Below, piece after piece: positions 17,450 to 30,790 of a stretch of DNA of 64,000 nucleotides (position 1 is the stretch's first letter; each line of letters begins with the position of its first letter). The notes under the pieces were generated by a model. That model searched no databases. It saw nothing but the letters and a program-made list of their open reading frames with translations, and was not told where the DNA came from. Source of the stretch: Salpingoeca rosetta (taxonomy: Eukaryota > Protista > Choanoflagellata); assembly GCA_033442325.1 (NCBI GenBank), contig JAWQFM010000004.1:1998954-2062953 (forward strand), given 5' to 3'. A program made the translations under genes and the position numbers.

Positions 17450-18960
17450 ATGTCCAAGATCACAAACTCAGAGCTGGAGCTGGAGCTGGAGCTCGACGAC
17501 CCCTCCGTGTCTGTGCACAAACCCCAGCACCCTGATATGCCGCTACCACAGACGAGCACTGAGCTGCGTGAATCTGTTGAGGAACTTCTCCAGCGCGTGT
17601 GCTTGGATCGGCACAAGCAAGTGGTCCTGACACCATCGCAGCGCACCGTCCTCAACGACATCGTCACGCACGTTTTTGACGTCGTCAGTGGCAACAAAGG
17701 TGCCAGCAACAAGGGCGCTGGTCGCCTGGTCGTCGGACCAAAGGGCACGGGCAAGACGACGCTGCTGCTGCTGTTGGAGAAGCTCCTGAACATGCTGCTG
17801 CCGGCCTCTGTCGTCGTCTTCTACGCCTCTGCACAAACGCACCGTGACCTGTACAAACTGCTCCACAAGGCAATCAAGGAGCGCACGGGACTCTCCATGG
17901 AGCTTCCTGAGGACACGTCTCCATCCGACGCCCCAGGTCACTTTGCCAGATGGCTCAAAGCGAACAAGATCAAAGTGGTGGGCCTCATCGACGAGTACCA
18001 GGCCGTCTACACCTTTGACGAGGATCGCTGGTGGATCATCGCCATGCATGTCTTCGGGCAGTTTGCTGCGCGCTACACGTTTGTGCTCACCGGCAGCTCT
18101 GCTCACCTCCGCGGCCTGTGCTTCGACAAAGCGCCGAAACCGCCCAATTCCGCTGCTACAAGCGTGGCCTCCCCAACCTCAACTGGCAGCGCTACACCAC
18201 TCTCGTGCTGTCGCCCATCCTGACCAAGCACGGGCTGCGCGATGTTGTTGACCACCTCGGCATGCTGCCCATGGCAAGGTTCATACGTGTTGATGGCGAT
18301 GACAACGATGACACCTCTGTTCAGGACGAGGCGCTGCTCCGATTCATCTTCATGCAGACCGCCGGGCTCATGCGCAACATCACCAGCCTGATTCCTGCAA
18401 TGCAGCGCATGGTTGAAGACTCCCTGACACCCGTCCTCCAGGCCTGCTGCGCCATTGACGACGAGGCTCTCGTTGCAACAGCGCGTGAGGTTTGTGGCGT
18501 GGTGCGCAATGCAGAGAGCAGCCTACAGGACAAGGCATCTGCGCTTTTGCGTCTGATCGAGACTGCAGAGGAAGCGGGTGCTACCGTGGAGCGGCCCGTG
18601 TACAGCAGTGATGTGCACCAGACCTTCGACGACACCTTTGTGGCTCGTCACCTCACCAAGCACAGCCGCCTGCTGCATGCCATGGCAGAGTGCCTGGTGC
18701 GGCACGCTGAGGAAAGACGATGGGCTGCGCTGGCCGATGACCCGTGGGCGCTCGTGACGGCACTCCCTGCTGTGGACCTCGAGGCCGAGGGCTTCGGGCC
18801 AAGTGACTTGTACCAGGCTGCAGAAGACGGGGCCGTGGTGTACGGAATGGAGGAGCACATGATCTCCTTTGCCTCGCCGGCCCTGGCGCTTGCCATCTTG
18901 GAGGACCGCGCCAAACGAATTGGTGGCGCCAGGGCGCGATGCTGCATTGCGGACTGGTAG
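17450..18960 (+). pseudogene. Intronless P-loop NTPase (STAND/AAA-like, resembling Crinkler-associated ATPases) split by a frameshift near 18135
   Basis: Walker A VVGPKGTGKT, Walker B VGLIDEYQ and FVLTGSS in ORF 17330-18223. The protein-like sequence continues in another frame (RGLPNLNWQRY...) in ORF 18031-18960. Confidence 0.65.
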
Positions 18961-19808
18961 AAGGGAGAAACTCTGCTGCAGGCTTCTCAAGGTCGTTCGA
19001 CGTGGCTTTCAAGGTCAAGCACACACGTGAGTGCGAAGTGTCAGAAGCGAAGACGATTGCACCCGAGCTGGTGGGCAAGGAGCATTGAGGAGCAGCTGAT
19101 GTGAGAGTGAAGTTCTCGCAGAGTGCCACCTGTGTGTGTGTGTGTGCGTGTGCCACCTCTGTGTGTGTGTGTGTGTGTGAGTACTTGCTGGTTGCGCAGA
19201 TCTCGTCTTGCTGTCGTGCACGCTTTAACTTATTGTTTACAGCGACGCTGCTGTTCAGAAGACGTCGCAAATCGCAAGGCACAAATGACTTCTCACATGT
19301 GCTGTCAAGCTGTGAAGCGACCACCGCGAAGGAGAGCAAGAAGGGGTGCGCTTGATGGCCGAGGACTAGCTTGCTCTTGCGCTTGCTCTTCTTACCGGCC
19401 ACGCACGACAGTGAGCGTGTGTGTCTATGAACAAGGTTGTGTACAGGGATCTGTGCGATCAGGGGCACGTTCTCAGGTGGTCTGGTCGATGCATGCCTGG
19501 CGCCTAATCTTGGTGCACTCACAAGTGTGATTGAGCGCGCGCGCGCGTGTGTGTTGGATTGGCTCCTGCTTGCTTTCTTTATTTATGGCCCTTTCTTTCT
19601 TTCTCGGTCGCTGCTCGGTCGCTCCGCTTTGTGTTCTGTGTGTTCTGCATCTGCCCGACTTGTGTCATCCACCCTTTGCGTGAGAGCCATGCCATGGTAT
19701 GATATCGTTTTCGTGTCACGAGTCATTATGTCCAGTACACAGCACATTCCTTCGAGATATAAGGACAAGCACATACAAGCAAAGCAGCACACAACACACA
19801 TACACATC

Positions 19809-19889
19809 CCACAAGTACACCCCTTGCAAGTCACCGGTGATGGACACGTTCACACATCACACAAGTACACCCCTTGCAAGTCACCGGTG
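19809..19889. repeat. Direct duplication of about 30 bp (CACAAGTACACCCCTTGCAAGTCACCGGTG x2)
   Basis: Two identical copies about 50 bp apart. Confidence 0.85.
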
Positions 19890-19958
19890 CTGCACACGTT
19901 CGCATCTTTCCTGTCGTGTTGCTGCTTCGCACATGTGTTCTCAACACACACACACACC

Positions 19959-19995
<37 letters not shown>

Positions 19996-20021
19996 CAAAC
20001 ACCCACACACTCACTACAAAC

Positions 20022-20071
<50 letters not shown>

Positions 20072-20097
20072 GATCTCTCTCTCTCTCTCGCCCTCGC

Positions 20098-21619
20098 TCA
20101 CCAAAACACCCTACGCTCCTCCTTTTTCATCCCCTTCCTCAGCACGGCCATCATTTCTTCTGGTGCTCGGTTCACCAGCACCACATCCGGCCACGACCAC
20201 ATCCGGTCAAGACTGATGCAGTCGCGCACCACCAGGCAGCTAACCGACGTCAGCGCGCTCAGGTCATCAAACGCACAACAACTCAGTATGAGGCACTGGA
20301 CGTTGCGGAAGCAGGAGAATTCCACGATGCTGCAGTAGTGGAGTCGACACGTGGACACGCGTTGTATGTGCTGGACATGTAGCGGAAACACCCTCACCTT
20401 CTCAAAGCGAAACTTTGGCTTTCTGGCAATGACGGTGGCCTGCTCCAGCCACAGCCATGTGATTCCACTCAAGACAGCAGTGCCCTCACAAGCTATAAGC
20501 GACACGTGGTTGCAGTCGCTGATCTCGCCATCAAGCGTCACGCCCCACATGCGAAGCTGCCTCCGCCCACGCAGGGCATCCACGTCGCGCAGGCGATGGT
20601 GGATGAGGGAAAGCAGCGGGACGTTGGCCAAGCACGTGCCGGAAGCGCGTTCGAAACGAAGGGCGTCACGCGGAATCGCGCCGGTTTCGCACCTGCGAAG
20701 AATTGTGCGGCCATTTGCAGACAGCTCCTTCACGCATGGCGGCAGCACGTTCCCGGTCAGAGGGGTGCGGACGTCGTCCAAGCACACGTGCACGTTGTCT
20801 GGCATATGCAGCAGGTCGCCCAAGGGGTCGCCGGCACCGGTGTGCAGCATGCGTGCGTTGCGAATTACCAGCTTGTCGATGCGGTGTGCCACGCCAGACA
20901 GGTCGACCTCTTCATTGCAGTCGAGATCCAGCACTCGCGCGCGCTCAAACTGTGGAATCTTTGGGTCCCTGCTTTCAATCGCGATCGTGTCGAGGTGTGG
21001 TGGAAGCACAAACTCCACATCCATGTTCCAGGCTCCCTGCGTCAGCCAGAAGTGGGTGGCGTTGGGAAGATGAACGCGAGCCGGCATCTCGCGCGTCAGC
21101 GTAATGCGCTTGGTGTTGAGCGTGTCAATCTCCAGTGGCGCTTGGTGCATATGAAGCTCCTCCACATCTGCAAGCACAGACTGGTCGTCCAAAGTCGCAC
21201 GGTCAAGTACCAGCGTGCGGATGCCAGCAAGCGGTGTCAGGTCCGCGTGTTGGTCTGAAATCCTCATGCAGTGCAAGCCGGCGAACAGTGCAAAGCCATT
21301 GCGCTCGATGCCGTGATAAAAGTTGATGCCGCCGACGTTGGACACTTCGCCTTGGAGGGTAGTTTGCTCGGGCGATATATGGAGCCATCGGATATGCCCA
21401 ATGTCGCGAAAAGTGACGCTTTCCACCTTATGGCGCATGTACTGCAAGACAAGCGTGTTTGCGTTGCACACAGTCAGGGAGGCCAGCGGTGCTGTGGTTG
21501 TGACGTCCAATTTCTCTGCACGCGCACCACCCAACGCTGTGGAACGCAGCTCGTTGAAGCGGTCCACATCTGCTTGGCTGTTGAACTCAACCGTGGCATA
21601 AAACAGACCGGGGTGTGGC

Positions 21620-21683
<64 letters not shown>

Positions 21684-22478
21684 GCTGCGTCTCCTCTTCC
21701 ACTTTGTTGTTGTTGTTGTTGTTGTTGTTGTTGCTGCTGCTTCTCTTCCTCCTTCCTCTGCGCCTTCCTTCCTCTGCCTCCTCCTGCGCCTCTGCGCCTT
21801 CCTCCCACCCCTCTCCTGTCGCTGCCCTGCACGTCCTGCGCTCACTGCAGCAGCCCATGCTTCGATGTCGCGCATGTGTTTGAATATGGTGCGTCCGTGC
21901 TGAGCAAACTGCTGCCAAAAGTCGTCGGTCGAGGGTCGAATGCTTTTCAGCCGCGCTTGCAAAAAGGGGAGGGTGCTGGCCCAGGTCACGCCGAGCCGGG
22001 AGTAGGCAAGGAAGCGGTTCTCCATCCACACCGTGATGCTGTCACTATCGCCACTGCCGCCACTGTCCTCGCTGGTGGTGTCATCAGGGGTTCTTCGCAC
22101 CCGCAGCGGTGGGAGGAGCGCGGCTTGGAAGGTGTCGAGCCAATCTAACACGGTGGGGTAAGGGTCGTCGTCAAATCCCAAGTTGGAATATGCGGGCACG
22201 GAGCCCTGTGCGCCAAAGTGGCTTGGGCGCTCCGCAGTCATGTACCTGGGCTTCTTGTTGCTGACGGCCTGTGCGATCACTTTCGCAAGGTACCATTTGG
22301 GTACGGCCCAGGGCAGGTCATGGTACAGCTCGCGGCAGGTGAACATGAGGTTGAGAAAAGCGCGTGCCTTGGCGCAATCTGCCTTGTGCCTCACGTCAAA
22401 CTTCCTCAGCGTGCCCGACGCATCGTCGCCGTCTGGCATCGACATGACGCGCGCAGCCACCAGCTTCCAGCACTCCAT
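20098..22478 (-). CDS. LRR-like protein with possible F-box-like N-terminus; 2 exons (22478-21846, 21618-20098)
   Basis: A phase-0 intron (GTGAGC...CAACAG, 21845-21619) removes the (CAA)n tract and joins two long ORFs. LRR-like units include DLTPLAGIRTLVL, DVDALRGRRQLRM and DDLSALTSVSCLVV. Confidence 0.65.
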
Positions 22479-22479
22479 G

Positions 22480-22584
<105 letters not shown>

Positions 22585-22594
22585 CGTGCGTGCG

Positions 22595-22661
<67 letters not shown>

Positions 22662-23855
22662 TGTATTGGGTTGCATGGGCTGTACATATTGTGTTCTGTT
22701 GTGCCTTTTGCGTGCTTTCAGGTGGATACTTTTTGCTTTTCTCCCCACTCCTCACGGTATTTGTGACCCACAACACACATGTTGCGTTGTTCAAGTGCCT
22801 GGCGCAGGTTAGCAGGTTTGGAGAGACCCCAAGGACCACCACGTTACTGAATTGCTTGTGTGTTGTTGGTGGGAGGGCAAGGACGCGTTCATGGTGTGTG
22901 CCTGTGTACCTTCTGTCGCGCATTCTTTCGTGTTGTTCATTGCTGGCACCAGCACCATAAATCATGCCTGACGACCCCTTGATGGCACCTCCTTGATTGC
23001 GTGCGTATCAAAGTTCCTTCAACACTTCGTGTTGTGGTGACAATACAATGGTGGCTATGCATCAGCTTGCGCTCAGCACATCAGGTCAGCACTGTTCCAT
23101 GTACCCAGAGTGGAAAAGTGCAAGTCAGCACACAGAGAGGAGATCAAGAACACTGGGTCGCCTGCACTCGATGAGCTGCTGGGCTGGTGTGTGGCATTCA
23201 TCATACCCATGCATTTATGCTTGAGCTTGCCGATGCGTCGACTGCCCACTCGAGTGAGTGAGCACGTCAGAGATCCTGAGATCAAGAGTGAATGTTTGAT
23301 CTATGTAGTGATCTGTTGATTGACCATGATATGAGCGATGATGACCTTGTTGCATGTCTCATTTCGTCCAACTAGCGTATTCTCGACCGCAGCTTTCTCA
23401 AACGAGGGCAAAGTCTTCCTGCCACCACCAAGAAGAAGACTTTACACACCATCAACGCCAGGATCATAAGATCACAGTCACACACACAGACCCTCGCTGA
23501 CAACAGGCTAGTCTTTAAAGTCCTCAGTCGTCGTTGCCATCAGGCCATCAGGTGGGAGGGGGCGTTGCCCAACCAACTGAACACTCACCACGCCCCTTTC
23601 AATTATTTCTTCGTGACATTGCGTTTACGTCGTTTCCCATGTACTCGCTTTTGCGCGTTTTGGCTCTGCGCTGCACACTCCGGCGTGCAGCGCATTTTGT
23701 TTGTTTGCCTGTGCACATGCTTGGTGACGCACTTGCGCTCTTGCAAACAGACACAGCAGACACAGCGTGCGTTCATTTTACTTCACGCCTCACTTCACCC
23801 TCACACCGCCACACCCCACTGTGTCTGCAACCGTCAGCACAGCAAACGAGCAAAG

Positions 23856-24389
23856 ATGGGCTGCCACCAGAGCAAGCTGGCGATGCATGAGGAGCTGGCC
23901 GAGGAGCGCGCAAATGCGAGCGGGAACGCAACAGCGAGCGCAAACACTGCAACCAAGAACACTGACACCAAACAACAAGAGCCATTGCTCCCCGTGTTGT
24001 GGGATGGTGTGTCGCGATCAAAACGTGGCCAGTGGCAGCAGCGCCTGGCCGATGCTGCGCGTGCCAAGCTGGATCCCTGTGAGCGACCAGCTGAGACACT
24101 GAAGCGTGTTTTGGAAGGCGACGCACTTCCCGACAGCGAGATCCAGACACTGGGCACGCGACAGCCGGCCATCCGCCTGTTCCTCTCCTCCACGTTCACT
24201 GACACGGAGGTGGAGCGCAACGCCTTGATCGAGGACGTGTATCCGTACCTCAAGTCCCTCGGACAACGCCTGCGTGTGCAAGTTTACCAGTCCTCCGAGA
24301 TGCGCTGGGGCATTCGTTCTGAGGCCTCTGCCGCCCACGAAACCAGCGAGGTGTGTGTGTATGTGTGTGTGTGTGTGTGTGTGCGTGTG

Positions 24390-24447
<58 letters not shown>

Positions 24448-24460
24448 TGTGTGTGTGTGT

Positions 24461-24503
<43 letters not shown>

Positions 24504-27500
24504 TTGCAGCTTGCAATCCGATAATCCCTTCCCACTCTCAATCTGAGCTTCAACGCGCACACTGACCACCCCACATCCCTCCCCCTCCCACACTCACTCG
24601 TTTCATAGATCTGCATGCGGGAGATCAAGAGGTGCCAGCAAGAATCGAGCGGCATCAGCTATGTGCTCATCCTTGGCAACAAGTATGGCTTCCGCCCCTT
24701 TCCCGCCAAGATCCCTGAGGAGGAGTTCAACCTGCTGAAGGACGAGATGGCCAAGCAAGCCAAGCAAACTGCGTCCACTGTGACCCCAGCTGCGCTCAAC
24801 AAGGCCATGGAGTACATGGACGAGTGGTTCGTCCTGAATGAGAACGTCGTGCCGCCGACCCGCGAGCTCACGCCCGTGAAGAAGGAGCACTCTGATGCGT
24901 GGTGGTCCGACATCTTCCCTACGCTGCAGACGTGTCTGCGCCAGGCGGCAACGGGAGCGCCTGGGCTGTCTGATGAGCGACGCGCCCTGTACGTGCAGAG
25001 CGTGACGGCGGAGGAGATTGAGAACGGCCTGTTCAAGGTGGAGCCGAAAGAGGCGCGCGACAAGGCGTGCTTCGTCTTTGACCGGCGCCTGGAGGGCATC
25101 GACGTTGCATTGGACCCAGACACGGCTAAGCTGTTCATCGACATGGCTGGTGGCGAGGTGGACGAGGAGGCGCAGCAGCAGCTGGAGCGATCGCGTGCGG
25201 AGGCGGTGCCGGCTGCCCTGTCACCATCTCGCATCAAGACCATGACCATCCCATGGGGACCAGGCATCGACCTCGCTCGCACCGACCACGCAGAGTACAT
25301 GCGCACCTTTGCCGACGCCTTCTGCGACACGCTGGCGACGGACATTGAGCGTGTTGCGCGCGAGCACGCGTTTGAGAGCGATACAGTGGTGGAGGAGGCG
25401 GCGGCGCACGCCATGTTCGGCAACCTGCGGCGACGTGGGTTCGTGTCCACAGCAGCCACCCAGCAGACGGTTGATGCTGCCCTTGCACACGTGCAACAAC
25501 GCATTACCGGTGGCAAGGAGGTCGCAGCTCCGTTTGCCATCTGTGGCCCATCTGGCAGTGGCAAGACTTCACTCATGGCCCATATCGCAGGTGCGTTGTG
25601 TGTGTGCGTGCATGCGAATGTCTCTTGTTGTGCTTGCCTTCATGCATGTCCTCATTGTGGGATGCGCTCTGCTTTCCTCTGTCCCATCACATGCTCACAC
25701 ACACACACACACACAAACGCACACATACACACACACGCCATACGCTCACACACTAGGTGCCATCAAAAAAGCCCACCCAGCTGCCGTCGTGGTGTCGCGG
25801 TTCCTGGGCACGTCGCGGGAGAGTGGCACTGCCCGCACCCTGATGGCCAACGTGTACCGCCATATCCACCGCGCACTCAAAGGAAAGAAGCCAGCAGCAG
25901 CGCCAGCAGCCGACTTTGAAAAGCTGACAGAACAGTTCCAGGCCGCCCTCAAGCTTGGCACTGCTCGCAAACCGCTGGTGCTCGTGCTGGACTCGCTTGA
26001 CCAGCTCTCGGACGAGGACCAGGGCCGTAACCTGGAGTGGCTGCCGCTCGCATCACTGCCGCCAAACTGCGCCATCGTCGTCTCCAGTTTGCCGGATGTG
26101 GGCGGATGCTGGGAGGTGCTCAAGGCCTCGCTGCCAGACACCAACCAGCAGCACGTGGCCAAGATCAGCAAAGACGACGCAGACGGCATCCTGAGCACAT
26201 GGCTGGCCGATGCCAAGCGGTCCCTCATCCCTGCACAGCGCAGTGTTGTGCTGGGCGCCTACGAGTCCTGCCCAACACCGCTGTACCTCCGCATCTGCAC
26301 GCAGTTCTTTGCGCTTCGCTGGACCCACAAAGACGCAATTGCACCCGACTTCTTTCCCAAGACGGTGGAGGGCCTGATGGAGAAGGTGTTTGATGAGCTG
26401 GAGACGCGACACGGCAAGGAGACGGTGCGGGCAGCGCTCGGGTACCTCTCTGCCTCGCGCGGCGGGCTGAGCGACAACGAGATGGAGGATCTGCTGTCCT
26501 GCAACGACACCGTCCTGGACGAGATTTACGAGTGGTGGGTGCCGCCCGTCCGCCGCGTTCCCCCGCTCATCTGGGCACGCATCGTGTCTGACCTGGAGGG
26601 CGCGTTGGTGGAGCGTGGCGCTGAGGGCGGTGTCATCATCCGTGCACGGTACCACCGGCAGCACCGCGAGGCAGCAGAGCGACGCTACCTCGGCCTCAAC
26701 TCGCGCAGTGGTGCTGGAAATGACACGGGTGATGGTAGCGACGGTAACGGTGATGGTGCTGGTGACGTCGCCACGTCCTCGTCCTCGTCCACGACCGCTA
26801 CCTCCACTTCCACCACCACCACCACGGCCCTGACGGTGCAGCGGCACGGCGAGCTTGCAGACTACTTCAGCGGCAGGTGGGAGCACGGCCGCCACCTGCA
26901 CGACAAGACGGACGACGCAAGTGCTCTGCGCGACCGCAAAGTGGCCTCCATGAAGACGGTGCTGGCTGGTCGGCTCGATGACCCGCGCTCCGGTGCTGTG
27001 GTCAACGCACGCAAGGTTGCCGTGCTGCCGTTCCACCTCATGCATGCGCAGCGGTGGGAGGAGTGCGCGACAACCCTGTGCGACCTCGAGTTCATTGAGG
27101 CCAAGGCAACAGCGGGGATGGTGCGGCAGCTGGTGGCAGACTTTGAAGACCTGCAGCGCAGTGGTGGTGGTGGTCGTCGTCAAGGTGGCGCACTGGAGAG
27201 CCTGCTCAAGAAACACAGTTTCAACATCTGGACGCGGTTTGTGGCTCGCAACGCCAACATCTTCGAGCGTACACCTGGTGCAGTCATCGCACGCGCCTCG
27301 CTGTATCCAGACCAGACAGCGGTGTTCAAGGCGGCTGAAACTGTGTTGTCAGCGCCAGGTTGCCGCCTACCACGCGTGCGCCAGTTTGAAAAACCGCAAC
27401 AGTTGAGCTCGCTCGCAACCGTGTGCTCCGGGTTTTCGTTTCCGCCAAAGGGCATTGCTTTCACTCGCAATGGCAAGTGGGTGTGCGCCGGCGTGGGCAG

Positions 27501-29467
27501 CAAGCTTCGCGCGTGGGATGCCAATACTGGCAAATCAGTTCTGACACTCAGCATGCCAGGTCAACTGGAATATGTGTGCCGCGTCGTGCAGCTGCCAAAC
27601 GGCCATGTGGCGACGGCGTGTTCGTCTGGGCAGATTCACGTGTGGAACCTCTCGACTCGCGAGCTGGTGTGGACCGTGGAAGTGGCGCAGGCAGAGGAAG
27701 AGTTCCGCTCATTGTATGTACCAGGTGATGATTTGACAGTCCTCGTCATCGTTGGGCCGAAACCGCAGCCGTCTTCTTCTCAGACCGCACAGCCGACCAG
27801 CACGACCACCACTGACCCACGCCGTGTTCACCTGATGCTGTACACACCGGACCTGCGCCAGTGCGTGTGGCGACATGAGATGGACGACACTGTCTTGTCT
27901 TGGCAGCTGCGGGACAACACACTTGTGGCGGGAACCAATGACGGTCGCATTGTGTGGTGGAAGTTGGGCGGCGCGCCGACCATGGCAGCCGCTGTGCAGG
28001 CCATCATGGACCCTATTGAAGGGACGTTGGTGGAGGTGGCAAGCTACGCATTTCTCGTCAAGGAACGAGAGTTGCCATTGCGCCATTTGCCCATGAGTCT
28101 GGTCTCTGGCGGACTTGATGTTGTTGCTGCTGGACGATTCCGAATGCTGTCATACATCAAGGCAGATGGCTCACTTTCAGTGGAGCGACAATTCGAGCAT
28201 GAAATCTCGGCTATTCGTGTTGTGGCAGGCGGCGGCGCGCTGCTGGCCCTCGCTCGCGGCATGTTCGGCATCACCGTTATCAGGGCTGACACGCTGGAGG
28301 CTGTGCATCGAATTCAAGCGCCTGCTAACCGAATCATGGCAGCGACACCTTCTGGCGACCTCCTCGCTTGCTCCGACTTGCAGCAGCCGTTTGTGGCCGT
28401 TTACAGCTTGGAGCAGGTCGATGTGCATGCCAAGGCCTTGACTGATCGAGGGCATCAACAACAGTCACTGATTTCCGAGCCACATGTGGCAATGCTGGCT
28501 GCAGATGGCGCAAGTGGGGCGGGCGAGAAGGAGACTTTACCTGCATTTGCTGTTGGACGCGACGACCTCGGCTTTTACGACGCAGCGACGATGGCGCTTG
28601 TACACACTGTTGCGCTCAAGGAGCACCGGGCGAGTGCCCTGAACGTCAAAGCCGCATCATTGTTTGGTCCATGGCGCAGCCATTTATCGTCCTCGACGCC
28701 GTGCGGCGCAAGATGTACAAGGACGTCATCACATTCCGCGAGATTAAGAATACTGTGGTACCCCCGAGGATGTTGTTCTCTCCAACAAACGACACATCTG
28801 TTGTGGTGGACTGCATGAGCTCCATGCATGTTGTGGCCCTGCCGACATGCAAGTTGGTGTGTAGCCACGGGGTCTGACGACAAGACTGCATGCCTGTGGG
28901 AGCTGACGGCTGACTCTGAAGGTGTCCTCACAGCGTGCGAGATGCTGAGAGGCCGTGACGGCGGTGCTGCTGTGCACAACGACCAGCGATGATGGTGGCG
29001 ATGGTGCGGCTGTTCTTGCCACCTGTGACGGCAACACAATTGTCAAGTTGTGGAGATTGCAGCAAGAAGAGCACCCTTACGTGAGTATCAAGGTGCACAG
29101 CGGATATGCATCGTCTGTGTCGCTGGTGTGGTTGCCAAAGCAGCAGTTGCTGGCGTCTTGTGCACAAGAACAGCATCTCCTGTTGTGGAACCTGGCCGGT
29201 GAGCTTGTGCGAGCAACCAACCTCAAGCCTGCGTGGGCATTTCTGCATCCGAGCTTGAAGTATGTTGTCGCTGAAGCTTATGGTGGCTTGCAGTTTCTCC
29301 ACGCAAGCACGCTTGCACCTGTGTTTCGCGCATACGGGCATGACTTTGGTCTGGAAATCAATACGCGGAACAAACGTGTGCGAATGACGCCCGACGGGCG
29401 CTTCTTTGTTTCTTGGGCCATGGACGATGCCATCCTCGTGCATGACTTCTCGCATCTGACGTTGTGA
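23856..29467 (+). CDS. NACHT/STAND NTPase + WD40 protein (NWD1/NWD2-like, DUF4062-type N-terminus); 3' WD40 region frameshifted
   Basis: MGCHQSK myristoylation-type start; IRLFLSSTFTDTEVERNAL..MRWG; Walker A GPSGSGKT; Walker B LVLVLDSLDQL; GLSDNEMEDLLS; WD repeats. Exons 23856-24350, 24610-25590 and 25758 onward. Frame shifts occur at about 28660, 28860 and 28955. Confidence 0.85.
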
Positions 29468-29484
29468 GAGAGTTATGTGCGTGC

Positions 29485-29627
<143 letters not shown>

Positions 29628-29949
29628 TGCAATGGCTTTCCCTTTGATAGAAGCCGTGCATCCATGAGTGGTTGTTGTGATGGAGGTGGCGTGACTGGCG
29701 AACGGTGATGCAGTTGGTTGCACATACACGTTGGAGATGAACACGGGCAAAGCAAACAACACAAAAAAGGGGGCTGGAATGATGATGCTAGGTGATGCAA
29801 CAAGAAAACGGAGAGCTGAGCACAAGACATGAGCGCACACGCATACACGCACAGAAACAGATGCAGATGCAACTGAAAGGGTGCAGGACGTGTTGTGCCA
29901 ACAGCAGAAGAAAGGGAAAGGCACAGCAGGGTAATGGTCCGTGTGCAGG

Positions 29950-30790
29950 GTGAGGTGCCGTCAACAAGAGTTGAAATGTAGCTGCGATCCGGCAAACAGC
30001 ATCGATATTGACCAGCTCAGCGCACTGGGTCGATGACGAGCACAGACTCGGCGTTGGCGGGCGGACTGCAGTGGACAAGGCCATTCCACAACAAGCAAGC
30101 ACGCCTCCTGATGCTCGTCGTTGATGTTGCGGTTTGATGCAAGCACGCCGCCAGACCACTGCACTGCAATCGCTGCGTGTGGAGCTGTGTTGATGGCAAG
30201 CATCAGGAGGCATCGTCGAACGATCTGCTGGCTGGGACATTGTAGTTGAGGTCGTTGAATGCCTGTGAGGTCGCCTCCCGCACCACGAGTGCCAGAGGAT
30301 GTGCTCCGTGGGATGTAGCCGTAGTGGATGATGCCCTTTTCAGCTGGCATGCTTCATCAGGCAGCTGTGTTGGTGGTTCTTGGATCAATCGAGGATAGTG
30401 GATAGGGTGTTGCAGTCGCTGATGAGGGTATTGTCCTTGTTTGAAACAAGAGGCGATGAGCAGCATGTAGATGGGGTCGCTGCTCGCTGGAACTGTTCAA
30501 ACAGGGGTGGATGGAAGGGATCGACGATGAGCACAGATGCACGTCTCTGCGCACAGATCAAGCGGGTGTTCTCTTGTTGTTGTTGTTGTTGTAGGCCATT
30601 GCAACACCACCCATGCCATATTGTCAATCCCTGTGGTTTGCTGAGGTAATGCACGTCACTTGCCGCTTCAACGTGTCACACGATGGTGCGTTGTGTCTAA
30701 GAGGCGTCCTCACCATTGGTTGATTGATGCTACTGCACCATATGTGCTCCATTCTCTGCTGCACTGGTGCAAGCACACGCTGTTCACGTC
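29950..30790 (-). pseudogene. Decayed copy of the propeller-repeat gene family seen intact at 50257-51489
   Basis: Fragments in different frames: QWSGGVLASN, NGLVHCSPPANAESVLVIDP and RASVLIVDP. Confidence 0.6.

Noticed and set aside
22990-23330. NTGSPALDELLG (RecA-like) or TERRSRTL (integrase-like) fragments
   Set aside because: Too short, with no supporting motifs nearby.
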